From positions 1 through 27,972 of the IMG/VR virus record IMGVR_UViG_3300012665_000628: DNA of 27,972 nt; one strand, written 5' to 3'. Source of the stretch: a virus (lineage: Duplodnaviria; Caudoviricetes). Below the pieces are notes generated by a model that was not told the DNA's origin, made no database searches, and saw nothing but the letters and a program-made list of their open reading frames with translations. Made by a program: the position numbers and the translations under genes. Below are positions 24,385 through 27,972 of the stretch, one piece after another. Every line of letters begins with the position of its first letter. Positions within the stretch are counted from its first letter, which is position 1.

Positions 24385-25110
24385 ATGCAAGATTTCAAAA
24401 CATTAATCGTAAACGAATTAGCCAAAGGCCGTAACGTGATTTTCGTGCCTCGCTATGACTCTGAATTATCAGATGATTTCATCACCTACCTATGGGCAAA
24501 TTTCTATGTCTCTACTCAAGAGAAAGGCATGTATTTTCACATTGACACACCGCTATCAATGGAGGAAAAAATTAAGGAGATGACACCGGAGCAATTAGAT
24601 AACGGATTTTTAAGCGATGACGATTTACATGGCATCGGCTCTATGTGTGATTTCAAAGAGTACAAAGGTTGGATTTTGGATTGCGATACACACACCCGAG
24701 CGACTTGCTTACATGACCCAAAGAGCTCAATCTCTTTGTATTGCTCGCCATCATTTGAGGGAGATTGGGGGTATATAGGCTACAATTTTTCAAGCGATTA
24801 CACCTTTTCAAATGATGATAATTGGCTGTCAATTTTTGAAATTGATGTGAGACATTTATACGGAGACAAGAAGGCTCAGTATGAGGTTTGGAAAGCTAAG
24901 GTAATGCAAGCAATTGATAACATTGAAGAACACGTTTACAATTACAAAGAGATGTGTGTAAAAGTAAGCGTAAGCGATGCTATTAGCTCGCTCCTTACTA
25001 ATGATGAAAAATATAAAATGCATATCTACCAATCAGAAACAAGATACAAATTGGATGCATTAGGACTTCAATTAGTAGATGTAATAAAAGAAATCAAAAG
25101 AATAAAATAA
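24385..25110 (+). CDS. Hypothetical acidic early protein
   Basis: 241-aa ORF with A-rich leader. Confidence 0.8.
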   Translation: MQDFKTLIVNELAKGRNVIFVPRYDSELSDDFITYLWANFYVSTQEKGMYFHIDTPLSMEEKIKEMTPEQLDNGFLSDDDLHGIGSMCDFKEYKGWILDCDTHTRATCLHDPKSSISLYCSPSFEGDWGYIGYNFSSDYTFSNDDNWLSIFEIDVRHLYGDKKAQYEVWKAKVMQAIDNIEEHVYNYKEMCVKVSVSDAISSLLTNDEKYKMHIYQSETRYKLDALGLQLVDVIKEIKRIK

Positions 25111-25153
25111 TCACCTTGACCTTCCGGTGCATAGGCTAACCGGGCTAAAAATT

Positions 25154-25663
25154 ATGTCACTTATTCAATTAAAAAACGTAAAATTTTCAGAGTGGAACTC
25201 CGAAGAAACAAATTGTTTTCAAGCCATGGTTTATTTCAATGGCAAGCGTGTAGGTATGGCAAGTAACGAAGGGCGAGGCGGTTGTACATGGGTTAGACCT
25301 ACGGATAATATCGAAGACTACAAGGCATTCGTAACATATTGCGAGGCATTGGTTAAATCCAATAGTGAGGAATACTATGAGACCTTCAGCGTAATAGATA
25401 TTTTATTTGAGCAATGGCTAGAGTCTTACTATGCTAAGAAGGATGAGGCAAGAATGAAAAAGGAATTTAACAAGGGTATATGCTACACCAAAGATGAAAG
25501 CAAAGGTACTTTTGCTATCATGACATTCAAGAAAGGCACAATAAAGGTGACCATTCCGGAACTACTCAAAAGTGCAAATGGTAGGGGTCTGCTTCTAAGA
25601 TCCTACGAAAAATTAATTTCAGATGGGGCAAAAGTTCTTAATGATAACCTAAAATTTGTGTAA
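25154..25663 (+). CDS. Hypothetical phage protein (SEET..NxGxGG family)
   Basis: Start moved to ATG 25154 (MSLIQLK); SEETNCFQAMVYFNGKRVGMASNEGRGG motif. Confidence 0.75.
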   Translation: MSLIQLKNVKFSEWNSEETNCFQAMVYFNGKRVGMASNEGRGGCTWVRPTDNIEDYKAFVTYCEALVKSNSEEYYETFSVIDILFEQWLESYYAKKDEARMKKEFNKGICYTKDESKGTFAIMTFKKGTIKVTIPELLKSANGRGLLLRSYEKLISDGAKVLNDNLKFV

Positions 25664-25926
25664 TGCAATTTAATACCGGCACGTACATGGATGGCACAAG
25701 GTGGTCAGTACTTGTAAAAGATGTAAGGTTACATCATGAATGGACACGAAAAGGTGTGACTTTATACCATGCCTTCGAGGATGGCCAAGCCCCCTATTGG
25801 GTCGAGGTGACTGAACTAGGTGATAATACAAGGGCTATTTTTGTTACGGGCTCAAAGCTTCAGCAAACCACCTTATCATTAGATAAATTTTTACGCAAGT
25901 TTAACTCTTTAAATCTTATTAAATAA
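25663..25926 (+). CDS. Hypothetical protein
   Basis: TAATG coupling at both ends. Confidence 0.7.
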   Translation: MQFNTGTYMDGTRWSVLVKDVRLHHEWTRKGVTLYHAFEDGQAPYWVEVTELGDNTRAIFVTGSKLQQTTLSLDKFLRKFNSLNLIK

Positions 25927-26129
25927 TGAAAACAATATCAATTAAATGGAGCACAATAGATGTGCTAGGGCTGGCTGAGGCCATGGATCTTGAGATAACT
26001 GAGTCGCAAGCGGAAGAAATACTTGACCGATTGGTTGAGCATCATGATGCTGATATAGGAATAAATTGGGGAGTAATTGAATATCACATAGAAGATTTAC
26101 TAGCAGAAAATGGCAAGAAAAATAATTAA
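25926..26129 (+). CDS. Conserved small acidic phage protein
   Basis: WSTIDV..QAEEIL..HDADIGINWGVI motif. Confidence 0.75.
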   Translation: MKTISIKWSTIDVLGLAEAMDLEITESQAEEILDRLVEHHDADIGINWGVIEYHIEDLLAENGKKNN

Positions 26130-26319
26130 TCAAGGCGAATATAGCCTGCATGTGGTGGCCTCGGAAGGTGGGGTCATCATAGTAAAAGTATTCAATCGGT
26201 CTGATTCAGATTTATTAGAGTGCTCAATTTTTACAGAACAAAGTGAGGCATTGACTGATTACATCAGCCAGTTCACCACTAAAACAAAATCAGTTCTTAA
26301 CTTTTTAAATACCTTATAA
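26110..26319 (+). CDS. Hypothetical protein
   Basis: ORF tiling the operon. Confidence 0.6.
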   Translation: MARKIINQGEYSLHVVASEGGVIIVKVFNRSDSDLLECSIFTEQSEALTDYISQFTTKTKSVLNFLNTL

Positions 26320-26320
26320 G

Positions 26321-26605
26321 ATGCAGGATTTAATCAAACAAAAACTAGTAGAATTTCATGCCACTTGCGATGTAGATAAATGGGGTCAAAAGGGTACATT
26401 AAGTATGTATGAGGTTTTTGGCCTAGACCACAAAGCTATAACAGATTATGTTAGTAAGAATAAAGGTGTGCTACGTTTGAGTACGTATGGTGGCAGATTC
26501 GGTACATGGGTAGGCATTAGCGAAATCGTAGATGCCGACATAAAATCAGAATGTAATAAAGCATTTGATGATAATCCAAATCGCAAACTTGCGATGACAC
26601 GTTAG
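26321..26605 (+). CDS. Hypothetical protein
   Basis: ORF tiling the operon, bracketed by near-identical leaders. Confidence 0.7.
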   Translation: MQDLIKQKLVEFHATCDVDKWGQKGTLSMYEVFGLDHKAITDYVSKNKGVLRLSTYGGRFGTWVGISEIVDADIKSECNKAFDDNPNRKLAMTR

Positions 26606-26639
26606 TGATCAATTTTTAATTTTTTAAATATTTTATAAG

Positions 26640-26981
26640 ATGGAAAATTTAACAATTCAATTGACAACCATGGAGACAATCTCTAGATTACGAGCAGACT
26701 TGACCGACAAAATAATGTCTGTGGTGGAGCAAAACAATTTGCTTGGCGAGTATAAAATTGATACGCCATTTGAAGTAGCTGATGGCAATGTGACTTATGC
26801 CTTTGAGGTTGAGTGGTGTGACCACTTGCACCATGAGGATGGCAAGACAATTTACTTTTATATTCAAGATATTGAAGGCGAACAAGTAGATGGTGAATTT
26901 ATGTGGGATATAAACATCCTTCCGCTGGATTACTTTTATAGGAATGTATTATTAAACAATTCATTTAAACTTTGGTATTAA
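26640..26981 (+). CDS. Hypothetical acidic protein
   Basis: ORF tiling the operon. Confidence 0.7.
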   Translation: MENLTIQLTTMETISRLRADLTDKIMSVVEQNNLLGEYKIDTPFEVADGNVTYAFEVEWCDHLHHEDGKTIYFYIQDIEGEQVDGEFMWDINILPLDYFYRNVLLNNSFKLWY

Positions 26982-27268
26982 TGGGACTTACAAAACACGA
27001 AGACATTTGGTCTTGCTACGAATGTGGCGAATTACAAGGTCGACATGACCTATGGTTTGATGGCATCTGCGAAAGATGTAATGCATTTAATGGAAGGAGA
27101 ATTAGAATTGAGATGATGTATTTGGATTGGCTCAATAACTTTTTAACCATTGATTCCTTTGCAGATTATTACGAAATCAGTAGATTAAAAGCCCTGCGAA
27201 TTATATCCATAGGGTATCACCTTAACAAAATTAAACATGAAAGTACTGGAATTGTTTGCGGGGTCTAG
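26981..27268 (+). CDS. Hypothetical protein with CxxC..CxxC zinc-ribbon and YLDWLNNFLT motif
   Basis: Start moved to ATG 26981 (TAATG overlap); CYEC..CERC. Confidence 0.7.
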   Translation: MGLTKHEDIWSCYECGELQGRHDLWFDGICERCNAFNGRRIRIEMMYLDWLNNFLTIDSFADYYEISRLKALRIISIGYHLNKIKHESTGIVCGV

Positions 27269-27860
27269 GTCAATAGGCAAGATGGGTGAACGCATGGGCA
27301 TGGAGGTATTCTCATCTGATATCAATAACTTTGAGGGCATTAACTACGTGGCTAATATCCTTGAGTTTGATGTGAGCAAAGTACCATTCAAGCCGGATGT
27401 GATATGGGCATCACCACCTTGCACATCATTTAGTGTGGCATCAATTGGTAGGCATTGGTACTTGGATGACAAGGGTGTGCCTCAACCAAAGACAGAGTCA
27501 GCTGAGTTAGGCAAGATGTTAGCATTAAAGACTATTGAGATAATAGAGTATTTTGATCCTACGTATTTCTTTATTGAGAACCCACGAGGGATGCTACGTA
27601 AGATGGACTTCATGAATAACAAAAAGTTCATACGTAATTCAGTTACCTATTGCCAATATGGTGATGACCGCATGAAGCCGACTGATATATGGACAAACAA
27701 TATCTATTGGTCACCACGTCCAATGTGTAGCAATGGTGATGCTTGTCACACGTCTGCACCTAGGGGCTCTCGCACTGGTACACAAGGGTTATCCAATGCA
27801 TACGAGCGAAGTAAATTACCTAATTTATTATGTTACGAAATTTTAAAATCATGCTTATGA
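27237..27860 (+). CDS. C5 cytosine DNA methyltransferase (compact)
   Basis: Motif I VLELFAGS, motif IV WASPPC, motif VI FIENP. Confidence 0.88.
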   Translation: MKVLELFAGSRSIGKMGERMGMEVFSSDINNFEGINYVANILEFDVSKVPFKPDVIWASPPCTSFSVASIGRHWYLDDKGVPQPKTESAELGKMLALKTIEIIEYFDPTYFFIENPRGMLRKMDFMNNKKFIRNSVTYCQYGDDRMKPTDIWTNNIYWSPRPMCSNGDACHTSAPRGSRTGTQGLSNAYERSKLPNLLCYEILKSCL

Positions 27861-27972
27861 CATACAATGAATGGTGCGAGTACGCTCAGTTTGGGCAGGC
27901 TTGCGAGTACGACAATCAGATATTAAATTTTGTGGAGCAGTACAATAATGCGAAGCATCAGCAGTTTATAAA
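27857..27972 (+). CDS. Hypothetical protein (truncated by window edge)
   Basis: ATGA overlap; MTYNEWCEYAQFG... open to the end. Confidence 0.55.
   Translation, partial: MTYNEWCEYAQFGQACEYDNQILNFVEQYNNAKHQQFI

Noticed and set aside
26580-26595. Hairpin ATCGCAA-AC-TTGCGAT as a terminator
   Set aside because: Inside a coding region and not directly followed by a U-tract.
1-27972. Stop-codon reassignment
   Set aside because: TAA, TAG and TGA all end genes at coupled junctions, and coding density is high under the standard code.

Overview
A 28 kb segment of an AT-rich tailed dsDNA phage genome, very probably infecting a Bacteroidota host (TAnnTTTG -7 promoter boxes in the intergenic gaps, A-rich leaders without Shine-Dalgarno, signal peptides followed by Gln, a T9SS-CTD-like protein). 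Bases 1-22425 are almost all minus-strand late genes. In transcription order: groEL, groES, a lone plus-strand winged-helix gene, a run of small basic proteins, an L-domain repeat protein, an HNH-like protein, a head-spike-base-like protein, a lysis cassette (two holin-like genes, a spanin candidate, a GH19 endolysin), a six-gene exported/envelope module, a 1706-aa tail fibre with S74 chaperone, small genes, a tandem GroES-like gene, probable TerS, a 2OG-Fe(II) oxygenase and TerL (runs off the left edge, so missed by the ORF track). A ~970 bp repeat-rich non-coding region (22426-23396) marks the strand switch and may be the genome end or origin. Bases 23397-27972 are plus-strand early-type genes ending in a C5 DNA methyltransferase. 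The best candidate for an undescribed system is the tightly coupled module at 9892-14612: two paralogous CsgG-like proteins, a cohesin-dockerin-cohesin protein, a stand-alone T9SS-CTD-like lipoprotein, a single-TM protein and a stalked beta-barrel protein. Also notable: an anticodon-less tRNA-like element at 24311-24355 and a recurring ATCACCTT leader motif. All family calls are from motif recognition by eye; no searches were run.
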